From positions 64,061,434 through 64,125,433 of the forward strand of contig JARDVH010000132.1 of NCBI GenBank assembly GCA_030324005.1: a stretch of 64,000 nucleotides of DNA, given 5' to 3'. Every line of letters starts with the position of its first letter. Positions within the stretch are counted from its first letter, which is position 1. A program made the position numbers and the translations under genes. Positions 1-13,160 of this stretch are shown here, piece by piece. The notes beneath the pieces were generated by a model. It saw only the letters and a list, made by a program, of their open reading frames with translations, ran no database searches and had not been told where the DNA came from. The stretch comes from Negaprion brevirostris. Lineage: Eukaryota.

Positions 1-330
1 TTAGACAATCTTCTACCCTACTAATATACTATGCCTAACACAATCTTATTGCAATAACTTAATTTGCGAATGAGCAGTTTTGGAGGGCTCACAGACATAT
101 GGCTTGTGATCCCATTGCAAAGGGTAAGTAGCAAAGAGTTAGAAGCAATGTACTTGTCCCCAGTATCAGCTGAACTTGTTAGAGGTGTTTTAATATTGGA
201 GCCTGAAGCCCAATGAAACTTAGATAAATGTTCCCTAGAGTTGCAAACAGTTGCTTTTAAAGTGTATTGTTTACCTTGCAACTGGATAGTGCTGAACTTG
301 CCTCTGACAGCCTGACAGCCAAAAAAAAGG

Positions 331-410
331 GAAACCTCAAGAGCTAGTGAGTTTACTATCAAATAAATTGGTTGGACTTAAACCTGGTGTTGTCAGACTT
401 TTTACTGCGC
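331..410 (+). repeat. Fragment of short Penelope-associated (pLTR-type) interspersed repeat
   Basis: aaataaattggttggacttaaacctggtgttgtcagactt recurs almost identically at about 46275-46315 and resembles 32900-32985 and 50174-50240. Confidence 0.7.
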
Positions 411-449
411 CAAAAAAAAATCAGACATTCCCTTGTTTGTAATTTTGAT

Positions 450-900
450 GGAGGAGGAGGAGCAGGAGAATTGAGGATAAAAAGCTAAGGAGAGTTTGGA
501 GACTCCACCTTGTATGATAGTCTTTGCCAGGAGCCTTGTTTGAGAAATATGCACTTTAGCAAAAAAGGTTGTATAAAAGCTGTGTCAGCTCCTGCATGAA
601 ATTTGTGACCACAATCATTCACCCAGTCAATTCTGCTTGCCTCTGGGAAAGTGATAACTGCACTCTATTTTTATGTCACAGCCTCATTTCACACAGCACC
701 TGTGTAACGTCATCCAAGGCATGTATTCGGCAGGTAACTGTCACACGGGATGACAGGGTGAGGCACTCACCCAGTTGGCAGCAATGCAAGGCAGTACTAG
801 CATTGTAGAACTGTGAGATTCTGTTGCTAAACTCCTTGACAGGAGGAGGCACCACATCCTGAGGCCCAGAGAGTGGAGAACAAGAATAAAAATAACTTTC
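450..900 (+). mobile_element. Decayed PIF/Harbinger transposase fragment with internal deletion
   Basis: Broken frames read EPCLRNMHFSKK..LCQLL, LPLGKVITALYFYVTASFH and ACIRQVT, resembling the Harbinger motifs CLRRLRF..ELC, VKVT.ALNFYA.GSFQ and CIRQVT. Confidence 0.65.
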
Positions 901-2149
901 ATGTGAATAGCAGATTTGATAGAAGTTGTCACTATTTCATTTTATCTTTCAAAATCGTGCCTTTGCTGAGGTCTTCCAGGATATGAGTAAAATGAACAGA
1001 TGGGTGACAAGCCACAGACAATGCCCTCTCTAAGCATAAAAGAGCAGAAAGAGCTAGAATTAAGTGTAGGCCTCAACTTGAATTATCACTGAAAGGACCA
1101 CCTGTATAGAGATTGTAAAGAGAACATTTAATTGCCTTAGTCAATCTAGGGAGTCTCTCTTGCAGTTTGCTGCAAGATACTCCTTAGCATGCATCTCTAT
1201 CTCATTTATTCTTCTCAAAACGCTTTCATGCTCTTCCTACTCTTCGTCATTCTGTGCCCTCTCACCATGTCTTCAATGACTTTGTAGGGAAAAGCAACAG
1301 GATGAGAAAGCTTATGGCTGTTTTAATGGGAATGTCATGACAGTTGTTTGGCCTCTTGCCTTCATTATTCTATCAGCCTCACCATCTTCAATCGTTAGTG
1401 CGAGTTCCTTTGCTGCAGCTTCTTCTCAGAAAGGATTCAACTCTCATGTGCTTAGAAATCTATTTCCAGTCCCGTTGCCTTCCACAGGCATTGCTCACAT
1501 TTTCCTATAACAAGACTCAGTGAAGTGAAATAGAGATTTTAGTCCCTCAGTTAAAGAAAATGCAAGCATCTTCTTGTACTCATAAAATAATTGGTGAATA
1601 TCCATAATGACTAAGCTAATTTAGTTTAACATGTAGATTTCACAACTGAATTTGGCAGAAGCCATTACAGATAACACAGAGATTATATAATGAAATTTGC
1701 TCCAACTATTCTTATTTGTCTGATGAATAGTTACATTAAAGAATGCCCTCTCTGTAGACACTAAGTGACCCAACACATTCCATTTATATACACCTACAGG
1801 ATGCACCTACCCACTTCAAAATATCAAAGCCCTAGAGCCTTGTCACATTGGATGTGTGGGTCTGATTTTACCTCTGCAACCGTGTGGGCTTTGAGTCAGT
1901 TAAAATCTCATCCACAGTGACTAAACTATTATGCAACTTAACTGTGATGAGTTATAAAATCAGCTGGCTTCTCCAATTTAATCGGTTATTACATTTGTGG
2001 GAAATGAGTAGGTCTCTGATCCAGCTGAGGTGACAGAAGAGGATCTGAGACAAGTCAACTCAGTCGCCTCGACTGTACTGCGGGTAGACGAAGAACCCCT
2101 CTAGTGACTAACAAGAGGGAGGTCATCCAGCAGAGATGGCAGAAGAGGA

Positions 2150-2626
2150 TTCTACATCTAGCATGTGGCTATCTTTTAAGGAGTAGTTGATTGGAATGCA
2201 GGATAGGCATGTCCCTGTGAAAAGGAAAGACAGGGAAAGTCTTTTAAGAAGTAGGAAATTGCAAGTACGGTTAAAAAGAAAAAAGATGCACACATAAGGT
2301 CTAGGCAACTAAAAACAGATGAAGCACTTGAAGAATACAAGGCAAGTAGAAAAGAACTCAAACAGGGAGTTAAGAGAGCAAAAAGGGTCATGAAATGTCC
2401 TTGGCAGGCAGGATTAAGGAGAAACCCAAGGCATTTTATACATATATTAGGAACAAAGAGGGAGAGTTAGTCCATTTAAGGATAAAGAAGGGAAATTATG
2501 CACAGAACCAAAGGAAGTGGGTGAGATCCTTAATGGATACTTCGCCTAAGTATTTACATAGGAGAGGAACACGCTGATTGATGGTGTCTCAGAGGGGTAT
2601 GTAAACCCTCTAGAGCGAGTCATCAT
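2150..2626 (+). mobile_element. CR1 LINE ORF2 fragment (EN-RT linker), ends at gap
   Basis: LAGRIKEKPKAFYTYIRNK in ORF 2395-2577 is a typical CR1 linker motif. Confidence 0.85.
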
Positions 2627-3185
2627 NNNNNNNNNNNNNNNNNNNNNNNNNNNNNNNNNNNNNNNNNNNNNNNNNNNNNNNNNNNNNNNNNNNNNNNNNN
2701 NNNNNNNNNNNNNNNNNNNNNNNNNNCACCCCCACCAACCAGAGATCCATTTGGCCTCCCTCCCAGTATATTTCACATACTCACAGCCAAGTACTTTCAT
2801 AGTTCCACTAAATAACTGCACGTGTACTATTATAGCTGTGGAATCCCTTCTCTCTGCTGCCTGCACTTGCAAAATCCACTGACATACATATCCAGGCCTT
2901 TATTAAAGCTGTGTAATGAAACATATAGGTGCATGTACAAATAACTATTGCTTGATTCAACAAGTTTTGCAACTATGTTTGGCAACAGCCAACTTGCAGT
3001 AAATGCTAAGAGTTGCATTTCCAAGTTTACAAGATAATTTGGGAAATGGCAATATGATAATTACTTCTTTTGAACTTGCTGGGGTAGGGGGAAGAAAACA
3101 ACATTTATGGCAAGTGGAATATAATCTAATTAGCATTCATAACTGGAATGATCAGAATTAGAAATGCAATGGGATAAAATTAACT

Positions 3186-3544
3186 CTCCCCCCTCGCCCC
3201 CCCCCACCCCAGAGAAAGATCGGGCCTCCCCTCCCCAGAGAATGATCGGGTCCTCCCCTCCCTCCCGCCAGAGGAAGTTTGAGTCTCCCCCCACCCTCCA
3301 CCAGACAACAATTGGGCCTCCCTCCTCCCTCACTCCCATCCACCAGAGATACATCTGACCCACGCCCCACCACAAAATGATCAGACTTCCCTTCTCCCCT
3401 CCCTGTCACCTGAAAATGATCTAACCCGCCTCCCCCCTGCCCCTGCTCCAGACAATGATTTGGCCTCCCCCCTCCCCACCAGAGAGCGATCTGTCCTCTC
3501 TCCCCCTTCATCCAACAAGGAATGATCTGGCCTGCCTCCCTCCC
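3186..3544 (+). repeat. Degenerate C-rich minisatellite, about 10 units with core CCAGAGAATGATCTGGCC
   Basis: Core variants (ccagagaaagatcgggcc, ccagagaatgatcgggtc, ccagacaatgatttggcc, etc.) separated by variable C/T tracts. Confidence 0.85.
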
Positions 3545-4520
3545 ATTTCTGAATGGAGGTCTGTAACGAGTGGTGTTCCGCAGGGATCAGTGCTGGGACC
3601 TCTGCTGTTTCCAATAAATATATATAGAAATGACTTGGAAGAAAACATAGCTGGTCTGATTAGCAAGTTTGCAAATGGTACTAAGATTGGCAGAGTTACG
3701 GGTAGTGATGAAGACTGTCAGAGAATACAGCAGGATGTAGATAGGCTGGAAAATTGGGCAGAGAAATGGCAGATGGAATTTAATTCGGACAAATGCGAGA
3801 TGACACATTTTAGTGGATCCAATTCAGATGGAACCATCGGAACATGGACACTCAGAGAGATCTGGGAGTACAGATCCACAGATCCTTAAAGTGGCAGCAC
3901 AGGTGGAAAAGGTGGTGAAGAAAGCATATTGCATGCTTGCCTTTATTTGCAGGGGAATCGAGTATAAAAGTTGACAAATTATGTTACAGTTGTATAAAAT
4001 GTCAGTTAGGCCACATTTGGAATACCGTGTCCAATTCTGGTTGTCACGCTACTAGAAGGTTTGGCTACTAGAAAGTGGGGGCTTTGGAGAGAATACAGAA
4101 AAGGTTTACCAGGATGTTGTGTGATATGGAGGGTATTAGCTAAGAGGAGAGATTGAATAAACTGGGATTGTTCTCCCTGGAAAGACAAAGGCTGAGGAGT
4201 GACCTGATAGAAGTTTATAAAATTCTGAGGGGCATAAATAAGGTGAACAGTCGGGAGCTTTTTCCCAGGGCAGAAATGATAATTACAGTGGGGCAGAAGT
4301 TCAAGAAAAGGGGGGAAAGGTCAGTGGAGATATGAATTTTTTTTTACACGGAGGGTGGTGGGGATCTGGAATGCACTGCCAAATGAGGCAGTTGAGGCAG
4401 ATACGATAGCAACATTTAAGACTTATCTGGATAGACACATGAACAGGCAGGGAATAGATGGAGGTGTTTGGTCTAGATAGGGCAAAGTGATTGGTGCAGG
4501 CTTGGTGTTCTTTGTTTCCT
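3545..4520 (+). mobile_element. CR1 LINE, RT domain to 3' end, pseudogenised
   Basis: SEWRSVTSGVPQGSVLGPLLF, ISKFANGTKIG (FADD-like), WAEKWQMEFN, LGLFSLERQRLRSDLIEVYKIL, followed by CR1 3' UTR. Confidence 0.95.
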
Positions 4521-4999
4521 TCTGTCCATTCATTTGGCCAGCTCTTCAAAGTTCCCACCATCCAAAGTGTTCAGTAAATAAAAGAAATCATTGAAAAATA
4601 ATTTCAGCTCACAAGTTAATGTGTTCAACACTACGAACATAGAATAACATTTCTTATTTTCCAATATTATAATTTCTGGAGGTATTTAAGTTAACCAGTT
4701 TAGTAACTGAGTACCAAAATTCTTTATTTTAACCTAGTTGTACATTTTTACTTACACAAGATACAATGAATAAAACGGTGAAGTTACGTAATGTGTTGTG
4801 AAGAGCAAAAATATTTTTAATTTTTTATGTTACTGATTTGGTGATGCATCTTTTTCATCACTTCCTTCAGCTTTTTTCTCCATCCCTATTTTTTGTCTTT
4901 GTCTTGTTTTCTAAGGATGCACTGGTTTCATTATACATGGCTAGAAATCTTATGTGATTAAAGTGGGTGGTGCCTGACCTGAACTTGTGTGAAATCACA

Positions 5000-7130
5000 G
5001 GAGAAGATATCCTGCATACATCCCTTGAAAAGGAACGTCCCCACTTGGACACCTAAGAATGAAGGGGAAGGATAAGTACAACAGGAGCTTAGTGGTAGTG
5101 AGGACCACTGGGATGCTAAGATGTGATTCAGATGCCTAGATGCTTAAGAGGAGCATTGCAGTCTCCAGAGCCTATGTCCCTTATTGTTGTTGTCTGCAGC
5201 GCTCTGCACAATCTGGCTCTGGCAAGGGAGTAACCTCTGAATGCTGAGGATCATGAAGCAGCTCCAGATGCTACAGAGAATGAATCCATTAATGGGTTGG
5301 ATGAGGATCCTGGGCAGGTACATGGTGAGGATGTCAATGCAGATGTTATGGCCCTTCAGGGAGGCAGGGACACCAGGGAGGTCTTGATAATGTGTACCTT
5401 CAGCTAGGCTGCTATGGCATTGATTCCAGTTCATGCCAATAGCACTACCTTTGTGCAAGACACTTGTGATGTGCAAACTAAGGACTGCAAATTCTAACTG
5501 CAGCCTCTGCTAGAAAGTTCAATGTTTCTGCTGCCCCCCTGCACCTGCAAGAGCCACCAGGCATGATCAAGCCTTTGATTACAACAAAATCAATGTTTAT
5601 GCAATATTCAAAGAAATAAGAAACAGATATAACATTTTTAGGTGTTAATAATAACTCCATCAAGAGAGTTTTGAGATAAGAATGGAGATAATATCACCTG
5701 TGAGAAGGCCCAGCTGTGCTCAATGTGCTTTAATCTTACATTTGTGGGTGTTGTATCTAGGTTTCTCCCTCTCACTGGCATTGGAGACAGATTGCTCACT
5801 TTGCTGTCATGTCAGCCTTGATGAGCTTGGCAGTCATTCTCTGGTTGGTTGAGACTGAGTGGTCTCCGTCTGAAAGGGCATGGCCATGACTGGGCACTCC
5901 TCAATTGTTGTGGCCTCAATTCATGCATTGATCACTGGCAGAGGGTCAGAAAAACTGCTGTTCTCCTCTGGAGTGCCCTGAAATGAGACCTTAGAGATGA
6001 AAGACACCTGTCTGCTGGCATGTGGTTCCTTCCTGCTCACCATTCATGGATGGGCACCTATCAGAAAGACTAGATGCCTTATCCATTTTCCGTAATGGCA
6101 GTGACTTCCTCAGGTCTAAACACAACCCTTAATGAGATTTGCCATTCTCTTAATGGAGGAGGATGTGTGTTAGATCTCAAGGTCAACACAGTTCTCATGC
6201 TCATCTTGGGTTCCTCCATAATAGAGACCATGGCACACAGACCCTCAGGGATCTCCACCAGATCTCCAGGATCTGCTGCCTGATTGCGAACTCCAGAGAA
6301 TCATCAACTGTCTTGGATTCAGTGTCATCTGGGTCTCTAGCATCTTTGACTGCAGGTACCTTGGGCACTCCCTGCCTCTGCCCACTCCTTATGTGAGTGT
6401 GCTGTACTCTTCCCACTGTGCACTACAATTGGATGAACTATTGGCTACCAATGTGCTTATATGTACATTAGTACCTGGTTTAGAAAGACGGTTGGGACAT
6501 AGGTGCATTGGTCTGTGCATCCTCGGATGTTAAAGGGGGCAAGGGTATTCTTGGTTCTCTGGAGCCTCCTGAGGGTGTCGCATCAGAGAGAGGAATACTT
6601 TTTGTCAGTACATTGTCAGTACATAGTCAATATGCTTGCTAGGCGGGCTGGTGAGATAAAGGAGAACTGCAATATACTGCTATCATGATTGAGGGATCAA
6701 CAGGCACTCCTGCTTTGACATTTCCATTTCATGTGACATGACTCCACGCTTCCCACTCTCACATCTGTGCACTGCACTCTTATCTTTCTTCAACACCGCT
6801 GCCTCTCTGTGATCAGTAGAGCAAGTTCTGCAGTGTCATTTCAGCTCTAGGACATTCATCTCACAACATGTGAGGACTAGTTATGTGGACTTCCAGCACT
6901 TGTTCTTGTATGGTTAGTTGAATTATGGCTTCTTTTCTCCTGCAAGGACAGGAGACAATTTGTCATTAGTGCCCCTATGCCTGCAACATCATTCCAGCCT
7001 GGGAAGCAGGTTACATCAGTGCATCATCCTTCAATGTATTCATGTCAAGTGGGCAGGCCTTCCAACCTTGGCTGGCTCAGGCGTCAGTGCCTGTTGGCAC
7101 ACACACGTTTACACCTCTGAGCATCACAAG
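5000..7130 (-). mobile_element. Decayed Harbinger ORF2 (Myb/SANT-type) region
   Basis: Splice acceptor tccttgcag|GAGAAAAGAAGCCATAAT at 6939 gives EKRSHNSTNHTRTSAG, parallel to the exon at 20691; the downstream LEFAIRQQILE segment parallels 59740-59780. Confidence 0.5.
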
Positions 7131-7164
7131 GATCAGCCACCTGACTACACACAGTTTCATTTCA

Positions 7165-7385
7165 ACTCTGCACTCAGAGGGTGATGAATATGTGGAATTC
7201 ACTACCACTAAATGTAGTTGAGGCCAAAACAAAAAAAATAGAAATAGCTCTTGGGACTAAAGGGATCAAGAAATATAGGAGGAAGGGGGGAATCAGGATA
7301 TTGAATTTGGTGGTCTGCCATGATCAAGATAAATGGCAGAGCAGGCTTGAAGGGCTGAATGGCCTGCTCCTGCTCCAAGATTCTA
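7165..7385 (+). mobile_element. CR1 LINE 3' end fragment
   Basis: cagagggtgatgaatatgtggaattc ... gcaggcttgaagggctgaatggcctgctcctgctcc, a CR1 3' tail. Confidence 0.85.
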
Positions 7386-8004
7386 CATGACTCAGGAACA
7401 GATTCCAAATCCACCTTCAGGCTGGTTGAGTACACATGCTCAACATTCTGGCCAATGTATTTTAAGATCCTTTTAGAACAATGCAGAAATTAAATTCAAA
7501 TTGTTTGTCAGAGATAATACTCAGGTCTACAATTAAAAATTCCTTCATGATGTGCCACAGTGCATCAACAATGCTTCAAGACTCATTTTATACAGTAAAT
7601 GCTTTCTACTATCTGTAATGAATGACAGTGAAAACTTGTATTTCATTGTGTTCAGCAATTCATAGGGTTAGTGATGGGAAGGGGTTTGGAATATTAACAA
7701 TTGACAACATTGCTGGGATCTGTCTTTAATAAATTAGTTCAATGGGCCTTTTTTAGTGTAATATCTGTACACGTTCCTAGTGACAAAGTGAATTTCTGCC
7801 CCAAGTGTGTTATTTTCTATCTGGCACTAATTGAGAAAAAAAATTACTCAGTGCCGGAAACTAGGACCCACTACAAGGTAATCAATTCTGTATTGCTCTC
7901 ATTATATCATAAAACCACAGGCTCTATTTTCTGAATGACACTGTTGCTGTACAAACTATCAACAAGCTCCTGATCACTTGGTAGTGGAGTATTTGAACAA
8001 GGGC

Positions 8005-8975
8005 GAAAAAAGAAACATGTTGTTGAAGTTTTTGTCTTGCACTCATCAGGATAAATACAAAAACGCCAAAATTCAAAGGGAGCAACAATTTATATTGCAT
8101 GAGAAAAGGGGTGCTGATTGATTGGAGTTGACTCTGATAGTCGAGGTATTGGCACGCAGAATGCACGAGGGAACCATTGTCCCACATGCTTTTGTTGAAT
8201 TCAAAAAAGGCATAGGGTGAAATTTTCCTGTCTCACCTGACAGGGGAATTGTACTGGGTGGGACACAGACCATGCAAAGGTTCAATGACCTCAGGTGGAA
8301 TTTTCCAGTTTTGGGGCAAGCGCGGCCAGNNNNNNNNNNNNNNNNNNNNNNNNNNNNNNNNNNNNNNNNNNNNNNNNNNNNNNNNNNNNNNNNNNNNNNN
8401 NNNNNNNNNNNNNNNNNNNNNNNNNNNNNAAGGTTCAATGACCTCAGGTGGAATTTTCCAGTTTTGGGGCAAGCGCGGCCAGGAAATCCCACCCACAATG
8501 TCTGAACATGTTCCTAATTCCTGCAAAGGACAGGACCCTATGCTTGAACATAAGTAGTTTCTAGTAGGTATGAGTCAGCCACATTGTGAGCCTGACTGAT
8601 AATATTAAATTGGTTGTCAGTGTAATCTTTAGCACAGTCAGGATTTTTCAGCAAGTGTTTTCCACCCATGAAATCACATCTAACGTTGAACATTATGTTC
8701 TGAGTTTTGCAAACACAAACTGGTTGCGTACAGTTAGTACTACATCTTTTACAAGCAGCTGAAGGGACATGCTGTTTTATATGATCTGCCAATCATTGTA
8801 CGACCGATGCATCTGGTATTGCACCGGTACTCACCGGTTACTCACTTGTATGTTTGACAGCATGTCTTTTTGGCTTGATGGTAGCATTCTATTAGTGGAA
8901 AATACCCACTTGTGTTGCTTTGCTGAGTTGCAGTGTGAAACGATTAGCTTCACCGATCGCTGAAACATTAAATTC
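8005..8975 (-). mobile_element. Penelope-like element 3' part (GIY-YIG endonuclease plus pLTR), interrupted by a MITE
   Basis: VFSTNRMLPSSQKD, ADHIKQHVP and HLLKNPDCAKDYTDNQFNIISQAHNV..LLETTY; downstream pLTR with CTGATGAGTGCAAGAC motif at 8034-8049; sister copy at 40950-41390. Confidence 0.85.
8215..8494. mobile_element. MITE of about 125 bp true length (inflated by gap and assembly overlap), Harbinger-like TIRs
   Basis: gggtgaaattttcc ... ggaaatcccaccc termini; ata/aca 3-bp flanks; reverse-orientation sister copy at 30202-30329. Confidence 0.75.
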
Positions 8976-9009
8976 TAATGTTAGGTGCGATCATAAGATG
9001 CAAGAGATA

Positions 9010-9420
9010 CTGGGTAGCATCTGGTGGTCAGCGGCCCTAGTAGTGCAGGGATCCTTGGAAAGGATGTCAGTCTCGCCCCAGCTGGTGTCCATTGCCAGTT
9101 ATCCAAAGTGCCTGTCAGGGCTGAGGATGTCATGGTGGAGGGTGAGGGTGCATACCCTCATGGAGCATCCTCCACATCTTTGATCTCTTAAGCTCCTTGA
9201 TTGATGGACCATCGGTGCGGCATGGTCAAGTATTGGAGACGCCTCCTGCAATGGCACTGGTGCAGCAACCTCTGGAGCTGTACCACAGTGATGAGAATGA
9301 TTGCCACATGGACAAAGATTTGAGTGGATCACTTGGATGTTTTCCTCTGTCATTGTCTACTATTTTTTATCTCTGTACACTTTGTAGATTATGACGCACT
9401 TGGTACACATCTGGGAGTCA
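9010..9420 (-). mobile_element. Highly degraded RTE-clade LINE C-terminal fragment (tentative)
   Basis: Broken frames TQIFVHVAIIL.SLWYSS and G*LAMDTSWG..SKDPC resemble the RTE motifs TK..VY.A....LLYGSE and GEL..G.R..GRP..RYKD. Confidence 0.4.
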
Positions 9421-10039
9421 TTGTATTGCTCCTGTGACAGTGGTATAAGATAGTGAAAGATAATGGGATCCCATAGCATCTGGACAGATATCCTTCCACT
9501 ATTGATGGTAAGTGATTACATATTTGGGTCTGCGTATCTCTCCTCCACCTTTAGCCCATTTCCATTTATTTAATTCTTCTTTTCATCTTATTCATCCATT
9601 TTTATTGTTGTTTGTCAGTGGTTGCAGGCAAGGCTTCACACCAGGTTGGGTGGGTTGCTGTGAAAATGGTTTGGTCCTGAGTGGTGGCCATTCCTTTTTG
9701 TGAGGAGGGGAGTGCTATATGTCTATACGTCAGTTGTGTTCCCTCTTCTTTTTCCATTTTTCCTGGCCTTTGGAAGGCAGACCTGGGATTGAGGGGAAGT
9801 TTTCTTGTGGAAGGAAGATGCATATAGAGCAGTTCACCTTTGCTGAGTAGTATTTGTATCTGGCTGCTACCTGATTCCAGTGGACTGTGTGGTTCCGTCA
9901 CACTGGCTGTAGCTGCAGAAGCCAGGTGTCGGTCGTCATGTCAACAGATTGCATTGTGGTGATGGAGGCAGGAAGTTGTTCTTCCCTGGTCTCACCTCCA
10001 GTGAATGGTGCCTATATGGATACCCATTAGGCTACACTC

Positions 10040-10212
10040 CCTAATCTTTACCACTCGCTCCTCATTTAAGACAACACACCAGATCTACATCTTTGGTCAT
10101 ATGCACTAATATCTCCTTTTGGTGCATATTTTGGTTTATACTTCTCATGTGAAGTGCCTCGCAATGTCTTATACACAGTTAAACCACCATTTAAATATGA
10201 GTTATTATTATA
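10040..10212 (+). mobile_element. L2 LINE 3' tail fragment
   Basis: tgtgaagtgcctcgcaatgtc...tttaaatatgagttattatta resembles the L2 tail at 26880-26950. Confidence 0.55.
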
Positions 10213-12072
10213 GCCAAAGTAAGTTATATTAATTTAGGCTATCCAAAAGCCCCTAAAATTATTTTGTTGCTTGAAATATACAGTCCAAAAATATTTTTTC
10301 ATCCATTGCAAATTGTTTTATTACTTTTAATAGGAGATTGATCTTAACTAATACACAGTGGAATGTGACAAGTCCCTCACTTCCTTTCATAGGCCATCAA
10401 GGAAAGTACAAGTAAACCAATTCCTAGTTGTGCTGGTATAAACATATACCTTAACTGTACAAATATGTTTCAGCCATTGCAAAATGTGCCATGTTGTGTC
10501 TGTGTACCAACAGCTATATGTATGTGCTCATCATCTGCCTTTTCGATTTAGTACAATTATACATGAACCAAAAAGACAGGAAACTGGACCTTCTTTGCCA
10601 CAAGGCTCAATTCAACATTCATCATCATTACAACTTGAAGCAGACAGCATAGGTAAAAGAAAACTATTCTCCACACAGTATTTTGTGTTCTTTCACCTCC
10701 AGGCGCCAAGACGAAAGTAATCCTTTCAGAGTGCAGCTCAAAGATTAACAGTCACATTTCAAAATTTTTGATCTTTTCCTTCACGGAGAAGCTTTGGAGA
10801 TCGAGTTATGCTTACATGTGGTGAATAAATGTGAAGTGAATTCATACAGATTTAAAAAGAGAGTCCACAGGCTGAAAACATTGAAGAATGTTATTGAGTC
10901 AGTTTGGGGATACCACAATACTTCATGGTGCGGCTACATATCTTGCAACACCTTTTGTACAGGTCTGTTTTGACGATTTAATTGAGGGCCATTGTTGGTG
11001 ATGAAGTGGCCTGAAACTAAATAGGCGTTTCCCCAGTGTGCTGCTCAGTGATGTCCACCATGTGTCTGCAGTTTTCTGATCTCAATTAAGATTGAAGAAC
11101 CAATACAGGATGCACCTCAGGCCTACCAGTTCAGGTGTAAGGATTATTCCCTGCATCCTGTTCACATGCATTGGTGCAATCATATCTAGAATTCCCACAA
11201 ATGCTTGGCCTAAAGTCCTGCAAAAATGCACCTACTGTATCTAAAGGTCCCCAGTTGCAAAATGCTTCTGTAATGAAAAATCAAAAATATGATCACTGAC
11301 TTATTTGCAAACTAATCATTGTACACTATTGTCAGTATCTTTGTTTGTGTAGAAGCTTTAATACAAGTACAGTGTTGGGACTGAGTCCATGGTGGATTTC
11401 AAATCTCGTCTGTTTTCAGGGTGTGCAATTCAGGCCAACTGAGGTCGAGCCAAGGGTCGCTTGGACCATTCATTGTGTTGAAAGATGACAGGAGCATCAT
11501 TGTTGTTAATCAGTTGATGAACCACTGTGCCAATTCGGCACAAAGCCCAGTAAGTCAGTCAGATATCTNNNNNNNNNNNNNNNNNNNNNNNNNNNNNNNN
11601 NNNNNNNNNNNNNNNNNNNNNNNNNNNNNNNNNNNNNNNNNNNNNNNNNNNNNNNNNNNNNNNNNNNNNNNNNNNNNNNNNNNNNNNNNNNNNNNNNNNN
11701 NNNNNNNNNNNNNNNNNNNNNNNNNNNNNNNNNNNNNNNNNNNNNNNNNNNNNNNNNNNNNNNNNNNNNNNNNNNNNNNNNNNNNNNNNNNNNNNNNNNN
11801 NNNNNNNNNNNNNNNNNNNNNNNNNNNNNNNNNNNNNNNNNNNNNNNNNNNNNNNNNNNNNNNNNNNNNNNNNNNNNNNNNNNNNNNNNNNNNNNNNNNN
11901 NNNNNNNNNNNNNNNNNNNNNNNNNNNNNNNNNNNNNNNNNNNNNNNNNNNNNNNNNNNNNNNNNNNNNNNNNNNNNNNNNNNNNNNNNNNNNNNNNNNN
12001 NNNNNNNNNNNNNNNNNNNNNNNNNNNNNNNAGTACAGAGATGGAAATAGTTGTTAGGTGGAATAGGTTGTC

Positions 12073-12122
12073 GGTGCTGGTGGTGGTGGTGGTGGTGGTG
12101 GGGTGGTGGGGGTGGTGCTGCT
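12073..12122 (+). repeat. (GGT)n microsatellite
   Basis: Directly visible. Confidence 0.9.
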
Positions 12123-12124
12123 GC

Positions 12125-12680
12125 GTGAAGTCCCCGATAGTGTGAAAGGCAGGAGAGATTGATAACAAAAGGAATGGTGTTGCACAGGAATAGGTGATGG
12201 TAACGAGATCATTATAGTTGCAAAAATGGTATAAATGGCAAAGGCAGATTTATCACTAACAGCTTCTGTCCCAAAATAAGCCAATAATTGAGGGCAGAGG
12301 TTAAGATCTGAAATTGTTGAACTCAATATTGATTTTGGAAGGCTGTAATGTGCCTAATCTAATGCTGAGACACTCTTCTTCAAACTTATACTGAGTTTAT
12401 TGGAGCACTGCAGGAAGTCAAGAACAGAGGGACCAGAGGTGGAATAAAACAAAAAAAAATCAAAATAACAGATGACCAAAAGCTCTGAAAATTGGCCACG
12501 CAAACTCTGTTTGGCCTCCTCACGATAGAAAAGGCTGCATTGAGTAGCAAATACGGTATACTAAATGGACAGACATACAAGTAAATTGTTTCACCTGCAA
12601 GGAATGCTTGAAATCTGTGATTGTTGAGAAGGGAGAGGGTCAAAGGGCTTGTGTTGCATCTTCTGCACTTTCCATTCAAG
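12125..12680 (-). mobile_element. Penelope-like element (second family), GIY-YIG region and 3' end
   Basis: KCRRCNTSPLT, degraded LVYCI.C..C..LYIGETKR motif, LQPS..NIEFNNFRS C-terminus. Confidence 0.8.
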
Positions 12681-12684
12681 AACC

Positions 12685-13160
12685 TCTTTCTTTGTGCTTG
12701 GTATGAATCCAGCCAGTGGAGACTATTTCCCCCAATTTTCACTGACTTTAATTTTGCTAGGGCTTCTTGAAGCCACAATTAGTCAACTTCTACCTTGATT
12801 CAAGAGCAGTCACTCTCACTTCACCTCTGGAATTCAGCTTCTTTGATCATGCTTGGATCTGAGGTTTTGTAATGAATATAAATGGAACCCAAATTAAGTA
12901 TCAATGAGCAGATAATTGGTAAGTGCTGCTTGACAACACTGTCAATAATCTCTCTCATTACTATGCTTGATGAGTGAAAGTAGACTGATGGGACATTAAT
13001 AGAACGCACCTAGACAATTTTCCATTTGTTGAGCAGATGCCAATGTTGTGGCTGTACTGAAGCAGCTTGGCTTGGGGCACAGTTAGTTTCTGAGCACAAG
13101 ACTTCAGAACTACAACTGGGATGGTTATAGTCCATAGTTTTAACTTGTGCAGGATGCCAG
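12685..13160 (-). mobile_element. CR1/L2-superclade LINE RT fragment
   Basis: IPVVVLKSCAQKLTVPQAKLLQYSHNIGI; WLQEALAKLKSVKIGGNSLHWLDSYQAQRK. Confidence 0.85.

Noticed and set aside
3186-3544. CRISPR-like repeat-spacer appearance
   Set aside because: Vertebrate DNA, degenerate repeats, low-complexity spacers and no cas genes.
8278-8482. Exact about 52-bp direct repeat on both sides of a 100-N gap
   Set aside because: Assembly overlap artefact; the sister MITE at 30202 has a single copy.
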